A model generated the notes under the pieces. It saw only the letters and a list, made by a program, of their open reading frames with translations. It ran no database searches and was not told the DNA's origin. 64,000 nucleotides of DNA, taken from Antedon mediterranea (Eukaryota; Animalia; Echinodermata). Each line of letters opens with the position of its first letter. Position 1 is the stretch's first letter. Below, in pieces: positions 12,448 to 23,404 of this stretch. Position numbers and translations under genes: made by a program. Where the stretch lies: NCBI RefSeq assembly GCF_964355755.1, contig NC_092677.1, positions 21,997,175 to 22,061,174 of the forward strand, read 5' to 3'.

Positions 12448-13742
12448 TGTTACAACCGCTAATAAGAAAAAGTAGAAAGTATTTTGTTGCTCCTATACTT
12501 TACATGCATTAATGGAGACAAGTTTGACACAATTTGATCTGCATATCATGTGCCTTTAATCCAATGTCGTAACTCTTTATATATATGGCTCTGCGCTAAT
12601 GTAGAAAACGCCAGCTAATGTCGAAACAACCGTTAATGTAGAACAATCCACCATGTAGTAAAACCTCCAACTAATGTAGAAACACCAACATCTTATGTAG
12701 TAAATATAAATCAACACCAGCTAATGTAGAACGACCTCTTGAAAGTGATCACCTCAATTGAACGACCACACCGTCTCTGTTAAGGGACCGCTTTTATCAT
12801 TGACCCCCTCTCGTAAGCGACCACCTCTCTTAACGACCACAACTCTCATCAATTAAGACCTCTATTAAAGGACCCGATCACCTCTCTTATAGTCCTATGA
12901 CATGAAATAAAAAATGAATGAAAAGAGAGGAGAGGTGATCACTTCCGAGAGGTGGTCGATTATAAGAAGCGGTCCCTTAAAAGAGATGGTGGTCGTTCAA
13001 TAGAGGGGGTCATTTACAAGAGTTGGTCGTACTGGCGGTGGTCCCTTAAAAGAGGTGGTCGCTTACGAGAGGGGGTCGATTATGAAAAGTGGTCCCTTAA
13101 GAGAGTAGGTGATCATTTCCGAGAGGCAATCGATTATTAGAAGTGGTGCCTTAACAGAGACGTGGTCGTTAAATAGAGGTGGTCATTATCGAGTGGTTAG
13201 AAGATGATCGATTATGAGAAGCTTTAATAGAGAGAAAGAGGTCGTGGTCCCTAAAAAGAGGTGGTCACTTACGAGAGGTGTGGTCGTTAAGGGAGGTGGT
13301 CGCTTATGAGAGGTGGTCGATTATGAGAAGGGGTCCTTTATGAGAGGAGGTGATCCCTTACGATAGGCGGTCGATTATAAGAAGCGGTCCCTTAAACAGA
13401 GATGGTTGCTTAAGATGTGTGGTCGTTTTAGAAAGTTGCTTGCTTACTAGAGGTGTAAAGACTGATAGCTAAGTAAAGGTCGATGCATTTGCACATGATT
13501 TAGACATTTTTGTAAAATATATAACATTTTCTACATTAGCTGGCGATAGTAACTACATAAGCTGGGAGGCAATTTTCGTTACTACATAAGCTGTTGACCG
13601 TTTCTACATTAGCTGGCGTTGATTTTTATTCTATTACATAAGCTGTTGGTGTTTCTACATACTGCATGATGAGCGGTGGATTGTTCTACATTAACGGTTG
13701 TTTCGACATTACCTGGCGTTTTCTACATTAACGGTTGTAACC
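12448..13742. mobile_element. Non-autonomous TIR element (TGTTACAACCG ends, AATGTAGAAA subterminal repeats) with nested insertions
   Basis: Left arm tgttacaaccgctaat[130-bp insert]gtagaaaacgccagctaatgtcgaaacaaccgttaatgtagaacaatccacc is the inverse of 13675-13742. No TSD preserved. Confidence 0.75.
12732..13455. mobile_element. Palindromic MITE-like array of GACCACCTCT / AGAGGTGGTC repeats
   Basis: Repeats face one way at 12732-12895 and the other way at 12930-13455. Confidence 0.65.
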
Positions 13743-15523
13743 ATATATGACAGTAGTCCAATGTATGAGAAACCTTTATATGAAAATGTTTTGCATAACA
13801 AAATTAAAGAACTTATGAAAAGCCGTATGAAATAAAATGGAATTCGCTATTCATAATGTTATAGCAAAGCGCAAAACAATTTTTAATTGAAGAGTCAACC
13901 ACCAGTCACTCCTGTCTTAATGGCCTGCGAGGATGCTGATACCATGATTACTTTGCATGTTATTGGTGTAATTAAACTAATTTAATTACCGGACAAAAGT
14001 AATTTACGTAATCTACGCAATTTTAATAAAGTAGAAAATTGGTTGAAATATAAAAAACAAGTTGGATCACATCATCGACTTAAAATTGACACAAACACTT
14101 TGTTAATACCAAATGGTTACAGAGATAGGGCCATTTGGCTGTTACCATGGTTACGGGTGTCGTGAAAATTGACTTAATAGTTTTGGTATTCTTGTATTCT
14201 AATAAAGTGAAATTACGATATTACACGATGATCCTTTCTATATGGTTACTGGGCAAATATTGATATATGTGCACTATATATCACTGATAATTTGGTAGAT
14301 GAAAATAGGAGCTTGATTGATTTTACAAGGTCGTCAAGGCGGGACAGACACAAAAGAAGTGTATTCACGTCTAATGGACCATTCGATCAATCGAATGACA
14401 TTTCAATATCAATAGAATATAAAATAGTGTAATTAATAAATACTGTTCTTAATTTAACAATATTTAATATCAATTACCGTACAACTATGCATTTCTTTAG
14501 GATTATATTACAGGATTATACTCCAATTATCCAGAGTGGTCGAGCATAAACAAAGCTTAAAGCAGTGCATTATCAACAAGAAAAGACATTGTTTAATTTA
14601 AATTTACAGTATAAAATAATTTATGAAAAGACAAAATTGAAAATGATACCATCTCGGAAAGTCCAATTATGGCTATGTCACCGTATATCTGAGCAGAGAC
14701 CGCTAAGGAGGAACAAACCGTTAGCATTTTCTTCATAAATTGTGTGTCATACACTCTTTCGTTTCTAAGCAGGATGCTACTATAGACCTAATAACTCGAT
14801 GACCAGTAACAATGGTCCAACGATGAACCCATCCATCCACTCTGGTTGTAACATTTTCACCCTTTTTGTTGAGGATGAAACTAACGATGATTAATATTTA
14901 AAAAACAAAATAATAATTTGGATTTCTATTATCTAGGCTCATGAAAACTGAATATTCAATTAAAACTATTGACAAGGAAATAATGCATGTCGATTATTTA
15001 TATTATTGTTTATCTTCGTTAACTGTGTAAGGGCGCAAATCGTTAATTTAAAATCGAATATTTATCAGACTAAGCTATCGATGGTTGCGCTATAGACATA
15101 ACTTCTATTTAAGTGATAGACATGGTTTATTTTGACGGGTCACCTACGATTATAACATACCGTTTCGACGCGGAGGTAGTTTTGGTGCTAATTGTACCCA
15201 CCGGAGGAACTGGTCGAAATAACTTAATGTTAAACACGGTAAGAAAAATGTATAATTGTGGCATTGCATAACTGTTATATTATTTTTGCCATACACTGCC
15301 ATATATTTTGAGAATACTTGTAATTATCGGGTCGAAGACCTACAGATCACTTGTCTGGCGTTCATAACTCGAGACCAAGGAAGCCAGGGGCATGACTGGG
15401 GTTAGCCACACTCCTACTAAAAAGGTCAACTTTTTTAGTCCTCGGTCTGCCTATAACATGAAAAATGTGCAATATAGCGAGTACCGGTAATAGCACTTTT
15501 ACTTTATGAATAACCACACTATA

Positions 15524-17457
15524 CAGGCCCGTAGCCAGAATGCATCAGAGGGAGGTTTTCTTGACACCAAGTATTTTGCGAGCGCAGCGAGCAACTGTAG
15601 GCTGGGGGCCAGGGGGCCGCCAAGGGCCCCCGGTCGGGTCCAGGGGGCGAAGGTCCCTGGAAGCTTTGGCTCTCAGAGCAATTTCGGTTGTTTTAATAAG
15701 CTTACAGAGACATTTTTTACCTACTAAAATCTGAGTTATGCAGAGAAATTATATAGTACAGTATTATGGAAGTTAGTAGTACTGATCATGAAATACAGCT
15801 TTATTGTTGCAAAAAAGTATATTATATTAGGCCCTTAAATAATTTCTTATCCTATAAACATAAAAAACAAATAGTACCGTATATTTCGGTGTACAAGTCG
15901 CACCTGTGTATAAGACGCACCCATAAAACGGAGACTGAAATATTAGTATTTTTTATGTAGTCGATGCATAAGACGCACTTATTTCTAGGCCGAAATTTAA
16001 ACATTTTACAATCAAAACAATGGTATTTTAATAATAAAACAACGATATTTGAGACATATTTATTAGAATCAAATGATATAATTTTGTTTGATTGCCTTTA
16101 TTACATCGTAATCAGCTCTACTTCAACTGAACGTTCAATGAAAAGGGAAATCCCCATATTGTTTCAGTTACGATGCACTGTGTGGGTAGGGCTAGCCTAT
16201 GTCTATTTAAGTAACTTTAATTTCATATTATTTAAATATATACCTTCTTATTGTGTGTATGACCATTATAAAATCAATCCAAATGATGTTCAGTTTTTTG
16301 GGCTGATAATGAACCAGGAATATCATGTTGGGTAGGCCTATATGAAAATCCTATTTCCATGCATGCATTACAGCAATATGAGGAGAGGAGAGCACTAACC
16401 ATGTGCTCCTTGCCTGGTGGCCAGCACTGTTGGCCATATACACTATCAGATTAGGGGAAGCTACTTAACACAATAACAACACACTCTTTTAGATATCGCT
16501 TGACATACGAACTATTGCCTACATGATTATAAAATTATGTGATTGTTGACATAGAGATGTAATAAAAATAAACCACTGCGATCAAGGAAAATAGTTATTG
16601 TGTAATTAAAATGTGACACCACCGTAATTAATGGACTCTTCCATAAATGTGTTGCGCTGTGATGATGCTGCATGCTGCTAGAATACACACCCGCGAGTTC
16701 AGAGAGTATTACTAGGCCTGGGTAGAATATCTAATGCGTACTGTAATATTAATTAATACAGTTGAGGATGACAATTTACCTTAACTAAAAATTCAATAAA
16801 CTTGTTACCACACTGTGGTTAGACAGGAGTGAGTAACTAGCTAGGCCTACATTGCAGAGTAGTACACTATTTTTAATTAATTTAAATATTAGTAGGTAAT
16901 TAAATTAATTAGGGTAACATTTAGAGGTCAAATTTGCGTGTCAAAAGTGCGTCTTATACACCGAAATATACGGTAGGCCTACGTACACGTACCAATTTAA
17001 CTCAGCACCATTTTTATTCAAGTTTACACAGTGAAATTCTTTGGTTTAATGAAAAATATTTCCAGGAAAAAAATAAAAATCCCCAAAAAGATTGAACTGA
17101 ACTGAACGTGATCTTGTGCGTTCCGAAAAGCCCGGCCGAAGCACGCGATTGGTCAGTCCATTTTTCTGTCATATTTATCAACAATCTCTCGATCTCACGC
17201 TCAGCAGTGACTTTGACATCGGACAATCTGTATATTCGATCGATTTAAACATAGTCAATAGAAGTAAAATGACTAAAAAATCTGATATAATTGATAATTA
17301 ATTGCACGATTTTGGAAGTGGGGCCTTTGTTTTTCAAGGGGGGGGGGGGGGCCCTTTGTTTTTCAAGGGGGGGGGGGGGGTTCGCTGGTAAAAGGGGGGT
17401 TCGCGCAAAAGGGGGGGTTCGCCCGAACCCCAAAAAACCCCCCTGGCTACGGGCCTG
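15524..17457. mobile_element. Non-autonomous hAT-like element with 5-bp TSD
   Basis: Perfect 15-bp TIR CAGGCCCGTAGCCAG / CTGGCTACGGGCCTG, GC-rich subterminal regions, flanked by ctata on both sides. Confidence 0.85.
15877..16973. mobile_element. Tc1/mariner (pogo-type) MITE nested in the hAT-like element
   Basis: TA|CCGTATATTTCGGTGTA(C/T)AAG(T/A)CGCAC ... GTGCGTCTTATACACCGAAATATACGG|TA, with internal taagacgcac repeats. Confidence 0.88.
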
Positions 17458-17748
17458 CTATATTCGAAATATTTCAAGGCTCGCAGAATCGCCTGCCCAT
17501 GCAAAGAGGTTTTATTGGTTTTATGAAATATTAAATCTGAATTTAGTAACATTTTCTTACCTCGGCCCTACGGTCACGACTTACCAACCTCTGTCGCCTC
17601 AATTACGTCTTCAGATTGTTTTTGCGGATCCGCAAATTATTGCATTTCGTACTAGACCAAAATATGGACAGTCAGCTTTGCGGCAACTATTTAGTAAACA
17701 AATTGGTCGCGTTTTTCAGAAAAGACAATTAATAAATAAATAGTTTAA

Positions 17749-18081
17749 AGATGTATTGTCCCCCTGAAAAAATAATTCTTGACAACATTTTTGTTGAATA
17801 TGCCATTTTAGTGCAACATACTAGTTATCCACTTTCACCAAAAATTGGATAAAAAAAATGTATTTACCTGAAAAAACTGTAATTTAAAGCAAAACATTGT
17901 CAAATTGGCTGCCAGCCTATGGGTTTTTGGTTGATTTTAACCATTTATTTTTTCATTTTATAAGTGAAAACATTATTTTTTTTTGTATTTTCTTCTAGGG
18001 AAGTGATTAACTTTATTATAACCATAAAATAACATATTCAAATTAATCTTCATTTTTCATGTTTTTGGGGACAATGCATCT
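17749..18081. mobile_element. Kolobok-like MITE, TTAA TSD
   Basis: TTAA|AGATGTATTGTCCCC ... GGGGACAATGCATCT|TTAA. AG..CT termini with a TTAA TSD are characteristic of Kolobok. Confidence 0.82.
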
Positions 18082-18226
18082 TTAACTAACATCTCAAACT
18101 GTAATATTTGTGGTAAACAGTCGGAGAAACAGATACACTCTCTGAAAGAATGAAAACAAAACATAGATTAGCAATCAAAACATTATGTATTGCTGAATAC
18201 AGCTTTATTCATCCATATCATAATAA

Positions 18227-18818
18227 AACTAGAGGGTACTCCGAGAGTACAAACCTCCGCCTACTGTCAAATTCCCCTACATAAAATGTCCCCGGAAAAT
18301 TTATAATATTTAAAAAAAAAATGTTATATTAGTTTTAAGTGTAAATAGGCTAACTGAACAATACAAAGTTGTGGATGAGCGTTTGGTGTAATGGTTATGT
18401 ATCCAGCCTCTCACAGTTGAGATCGCTGGTTCAAGTCCCGCCGAGGTTTTTTTTTTATTATTTTTTTATTTTATTTTTTTTTGTGGACCTTGATCTTTGA
18501 CCCTGACCCTTCAAAATTTAACCACAATTATATGATGAGTCATTGATCATTGTGGCTAAGTTTGGTGAGAATCGGATAAAAACTGTGGTCTCTAGGCAGT
18601 AAAATAGTTTTTTGTTAGTTGTGACCTTGACCTATGACCTTTTCCCCTCAAATTCGAACTCCTCCGAGCTTTTTGGGCTTAGATCATTGTGACCAAATTT
18701 GGTGAGAATCGGCTAAAAACTGTGGCATCCAGGCTGTTCACAGACCCACAAACGCACAAACACACGAACACACACACCCATACAGGGGTGAAAATATAAC
18801 CTCCTTGGCGGAGGTAAT
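18227..18818 (-). mobile_element. Helentron-associated non-autonomous element (HINE/DINE-like)
   Basis: Minus strand reads tt-ACCTCCGCCaaggaggt (subTIR plus short palindrome), a GT-rich microsatellite, tgacctt repeats, then the GGCGGAGGT subTIR, hairpin gtactctcggagtac and ctagttt. No TSD. Confidence 0.75.
18376..18450 (+). pseudogene. tRNA-derived Pol III-like cassette (tRNA-Glu(CTC)-like), not a canonical tRNA
   Basis: A box TGGTGTAATGG (18384-18394), CTCTCAC anticodon-loop-like segment, B box GGTTCAAGTCC (18428-18438), then a long T run. The acceptor stem pairs poorly. Confidence 0.6.
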
Positions 18819-19201
18819 AACAACAGAAATTAAAATATAAAACAAAAATCATATGCAGAGTAGCCTACACACACATTTTATAATGTTTTAAAATGCGGTA
18901 ACAATAACATAGAGGTAAAACAAACTATTAAAAAAAGTTAAAACATAATAGTTCCACTTTTAAAAAGACAAAATATTATGTGACATTAAAATGGCTATTA
19001 AAGAAACCTGGAAATTGTCCCTTTGTACGTACATTTATATATACAGTACTGTAGATAGCGATTACACAATATTTATTATTATCGATATTTTTTAAGAAGA
19101 ATTAGTAGGCCTAGGCCTACTGAATTAAATAGTGGATATCTTACGTTATAGGTTGACCTTAGTTGATATTGTATCACCTTCGAGTGACGTTACTACTCAT
19201 C

Positions 19202-21441
19202 ATGGATCATCTGCGATCTATTGGACTCCATGTCAGGAATAACTTTCAAAGTGTAGCATCGAGCTCTGAATATAGAGAAGATATTGAACTATGTCCGAAG
19301 GATGAGTCGAATGTCAGTTACACAAACTCAAATCACCATAAATTCCAAAGCAGTGAGAAAAATGGTCACGTAGGCCCGATACCAAACAATCAGGATGGAA
19401 CATGCTCTGCCAATGAACTACCGCTATCACATACACCAGAAAGCACTGGTAAGGAAAATTAGATCTATTCTCCGTTCCTTGGAAAATGCCGTATATCATA
19501 AATTATTTGTAGGGCTACCAATCTACAGTGCCATATTATGAAGATGAATTTACCAAACTTTTCTTTGTTTGGAGAAGTTCGGTTTACCACCAGTTTAGTT
19601 CCTTCATGCATGCACCTTCTTGATAAAGCAGTTTGCGAGTCTTTTTTAGTAAAGTGATCATGCAGATGGACAGAATAGAGACTCGTTTTTCATATCAAGT
19701 TTGATTAACCAGTTTCAAAATTTGTCTGACTACAGTTACTCTATAAATAGTGGGCTTGGCAATAATAGTCTTCTTTCATTCGCTTTACAATATTATTATT
19801 ATTACTTTAGTTAACTGCCTTGACAAATCTTTAAATTTATACGATTATGTAAATAAGCATTAATAAATATATTTGGATATGAATGTGTGGGATTGACAAT
19901 CTTATTTGGAGCAAGAAATGTTATATTTTAGGCAACTCATCAACATGGCAGGCTGGGTGGAACGTAGCTAACTGTATGCAAGGAATTGGTATACTGAGTC
20001 TACCGTACACCATCAAACAAGGAGGTTTGGCTGCCCTAATTAGCATTGCCGCTGTTTTGTTTATTGGAAATTATACAAGCAAGGTATGTTTAATTGAAAA
20101 AAAATTGATTCCAAAACAATAAATGAAATTACAAACTATCCATTTATTGTTTTATTTAAAAAGATGGTTAATGCATATACAAAAGGTAATAACCTGGGAG
20201 TTATTTACACCGCTAAAATGAAATAATATACCAATTAATCAGTCGTTTTTATATATTTTAATTGAACTTCATTCAAATAATTGCATTTTATAATAAAAAA
20301 CAAAAAATGACAAAGTATGTATGTAATAAACATTTCGTATTAAAATTAAGGTTCTTTTTATTATAAATAGATATTAGTACAATGTCTGTATGAAGAAGAA
20401 GATATTGGGAATGGAAAGATTCGACGAACCCGAGTGCGCAATACATATTCGGATCTTGCCGATGAAATGCATAAATATGGCGGAACGCTTTTGAATATTA
20501 TGCAAATTATCGACGTGACTGCAGTTGCCACACTTTACTTGGAATTATCGGGTTCACTACTAGTTGATACATTTCCATACGCTGGTATCTCTAAGCTTAG
20601 CTGGATCGTTATATCAACTGTTATTTTAATACCAACTATATTTTTTCGGAACTTGACTCGTATAGCATGGTTAAGTCTCATTGCTGTGCTATCTCTTATT
20701 GTTATGTATTTTAGTGTAGTCTGGTATAGCTTTGGTAAGAGTTTAATGTGGGATGTTTCAGAAATTCCGCCGTTTGAGATACAAGGATTTGCTGTGAGTT
20801 CTTCGATAATTTTATTCAACTTTGGAACGCAATTTATTATGCCGGGTGTGGAGGAAAGTATGTCTAATAAATCAAAATTTAACATAATGGTCGATATCAC
20901 ATACTTCATCACGGGCGTTCTAAACACAAGCTACGCGTTCTTTGCCTATATTACGTTTGGTGACGACACTAAGGAATTCATAACGTACAATATGCCGCTT
21001 GGAGTTCTGCAAGCACTTGTTAGTATGCTATTTGTTATCAAATCATTACTCTCCTATCCACTAATGATCTTCATTGTTGTTAGTTCGTTAGACGCAATGC
21101 ACCTTAGTATTCTACCTCCGTGTTACTCTTCAAATCCGGATAAACGTCCTTCTCTCTGGGCAATGATTTTCCGAATTGTTTTAGTCCTATTTACCTTATT
21201 TTTAGCAATTGTCATTCCACATTATACGTTACTTATGGGTGTAACGGGTAGCTTAACGGCACCTTGGTTGGATTTTATTTTTCCGTGTCTTTTTCATTTA
21301 AAATTAAAATGGAATAGATTAACGGGAACGCAGGTTTGTATGAATATTGTCGTTATATTTGTTGCGTTATTTGGTGGAATGGTTGGGCTTTTATTTTCGT
21401 CTAAAGCACTCATTCAAGCATATATTAAAGATTTTACATAA
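19202..21441 (+). CDS. SLC32A1: Vesicular inhibitory amino acid transporter (VIAAT/VGAT, SLC32)-like Aa_trans protein, 489 aa; join(19202..19448,19932..20083,20371..21441)
   Basis: GT-AG introns in phases 1 and 0 give one open frame of 1470 nt. Motifs WQAGWNVANCMQG..LSLPY, TSKILVQCLYEE, RVRNTY, KSLLSYPL and IPHYTLLMGVTGSLT..L.FIFPCLFHLKLKW match VIAAT/unc-47. About 10-11 hydrophobic segments. An acceptor at 19151-19152 suggests an upstream UTR exon. The symbol denotes the family; this may be a paralog rather than the ortholog. Confidence 0.9.
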
Positions 21442-21476
21442 CCCTGCTCAGAGTTGGCGACACTGTACTTGAGGTA

Positions 21477-21522
21477 TAATAATAACAACAATAATAATAA
21501 TAACAATAATATTAATAATAAT
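21477..21522. repeat. (AAT)n microsatellite, possible tail of an antisense retroposon
   Basis: aataataacaacaataat... immediately followed by tttatt (AATAAA on the minus strand). Confidence 0.7.
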
Positions 21523-23404
21523 TTATTTGGAATTTACACTCGACCAAATGGAAGGTGCATCCAAAAAAAAAAAAATTATATAGTAAACAAAAATTACAAT
21601 AAAAAAGTCGATGTAGGTCAACATGTCAAAACAATTCGACTACAGTAACTACCATACCATTGATAAGTATCACTACAGCAGCAGGAAACCCACTGACACC
21701 TAAATATACAAACTACAAAAAATAAAGATATAGAATAAGTTAGGAACGGTATAATTTAAAATGAATTGAGCAACAACAATGTAGACCTAATAATGAGATA
21801 GATATCAATCATTTGGTTTAATTGAACATTACTCGCTCAGGACAATGATATTTGGTAGGGCCGGATGTGCGCTAAGAAGAGTTATTTCGGTATCAACCTA
21901 ATTACTGATTGGGTGACCCACTTAAACTAATTTGAATACTCAAAATTGTTTCTTGAGTAGGCCTATAATAAAGATGCCTACTTTTAAAAATCTGGATCAA
22001 CCTATATAATATAATGTATGGTGCAGTATACTACATTAGTTCGGTAATTAAATTCAACAACTTCAGAATAAAGACAATTATATTTTATTTCCCTGTAAAT
22101 GAGTAAAACCAGGCCTATATAGGTTTTATATTGAATGCCTGGTAATCTGCAATATGCAATAGAACGTAAACAAATAAGTTTAATCTTAGCCTAAACCATG
22201 CTACTCAGGAAGCATTTGTCACATTTTTTGAAGTTTGAATTTTTGCTTTCGTGTGTTTAGCGATACCATCACATAGCATTTTTCAACTTGGTGTCCACAT
22301 TTTTAACACATTTTTCACCCTTTGAAAAATGACAAGATATGTTTTGACCCTCCAGCCGATTTTGTTAAATTTCAATATTAAACATTCAATCAAGTTAGAA
22401 AAATTCAACGGGTAACAGTATTTCGGCACAGAATATACATTTCGTTGATAAGAACTTCATCACACAACTTAAATGTTAATATTAGAGTAAATGATAATTC
22501 CTTGAATCTGTCATATGTGCGATCGGCAACAAATAGAAGACGAGTATCACGTTTGTTTTGTATGTCCGGCTTATAAGGAAACCTTACTGAGTTCTTATTA
22601 TTAACGTAATTCCTCTTATTCAAAGTTATCTAAGTTAATAACAAATGTAAATGCTTACGTTTATTTGTATTTATTTGTATAGTTAAATAAGAGAGAGTCA
22701 ACGTTACTGTTATATATTGTGAATCTGGGCCCATGGCCTAAAGATAAAATAAAGGCAGGCAGCATTGCCTGGAATGAATATCTTGGCAACCGCTAACTGT
22801 ATACACTTCATATTTTATTTGTCCTAATGGAACATTCTGCAGTAAACATCTCGAAACTATTCATATAATGAATACAATATTTTGTAAACGCTTAAAAACC
22901 ACAAAAAGCAAAGGCCACTCAGGGTCTCCACACAAAACTCAGCTTTTTGCTTTGCTAAATGTTTACTATGCCTAGAAAAAAACAAATAACAATAACATGC
23001 ATATTCTATTTGTCCTGGTAAATGTATTTCTGGACTATTTACTGTATATTTCTTATTTTTTATAAATGTATGACTGAATGTGAAAATGATACAAAGGACA
23101 TGACTTCAGAACTAGACGTTGTTGAAGTTCACATTATGAAAGTAAAAAGAGGACATTTTGTAGTTCTAATAAAATTATTCACTTCCGCAGAACAAAAAAC
23201 TCCCAAACATAATTATTCCACTTAGGCCTAAATAATAAACAGTTAAATTTAACCAAAGACAAAGAACTTCGGGTTGACGATTTTTTCTAAATCACAGTTT
23301 CTCATCAAACTTTTGATCAAAGTGGATATGATGTGACATTAACATGGAATAACTATTCAACAAAAAATTGTTTTACAATTATTTTTCAGAGGGACAATTA
23401 CTCT

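Noticed and set aside
15329-15425. Possible LINE 5' UTR or ribozyme-like segment
   Set aside because: Only a vague resemblance; I could not fold a convincing structure by eye.
17245-17743. Gly/Pro-rich ORFs and G-runs suggesting a G-quadruplex or promoter
   Set aside because: They lie in the GC-rich subterminal region of the hAT-like element.
18376-18450. Functional tRNA gene
   Set aside because: Acceptor and anticodon stems pair poorly and it sits inside a TE; kept only as a tRNA-derived cassette.
20535-20927. 130-aa antisense ORF
   Set aside because: Shadow of the transporter's third exon with no recognisable motif.
22405-22623. 72-aa minus-strand ORF
   Set aside because: Non-ATG start, no recognisable domain or splice context.
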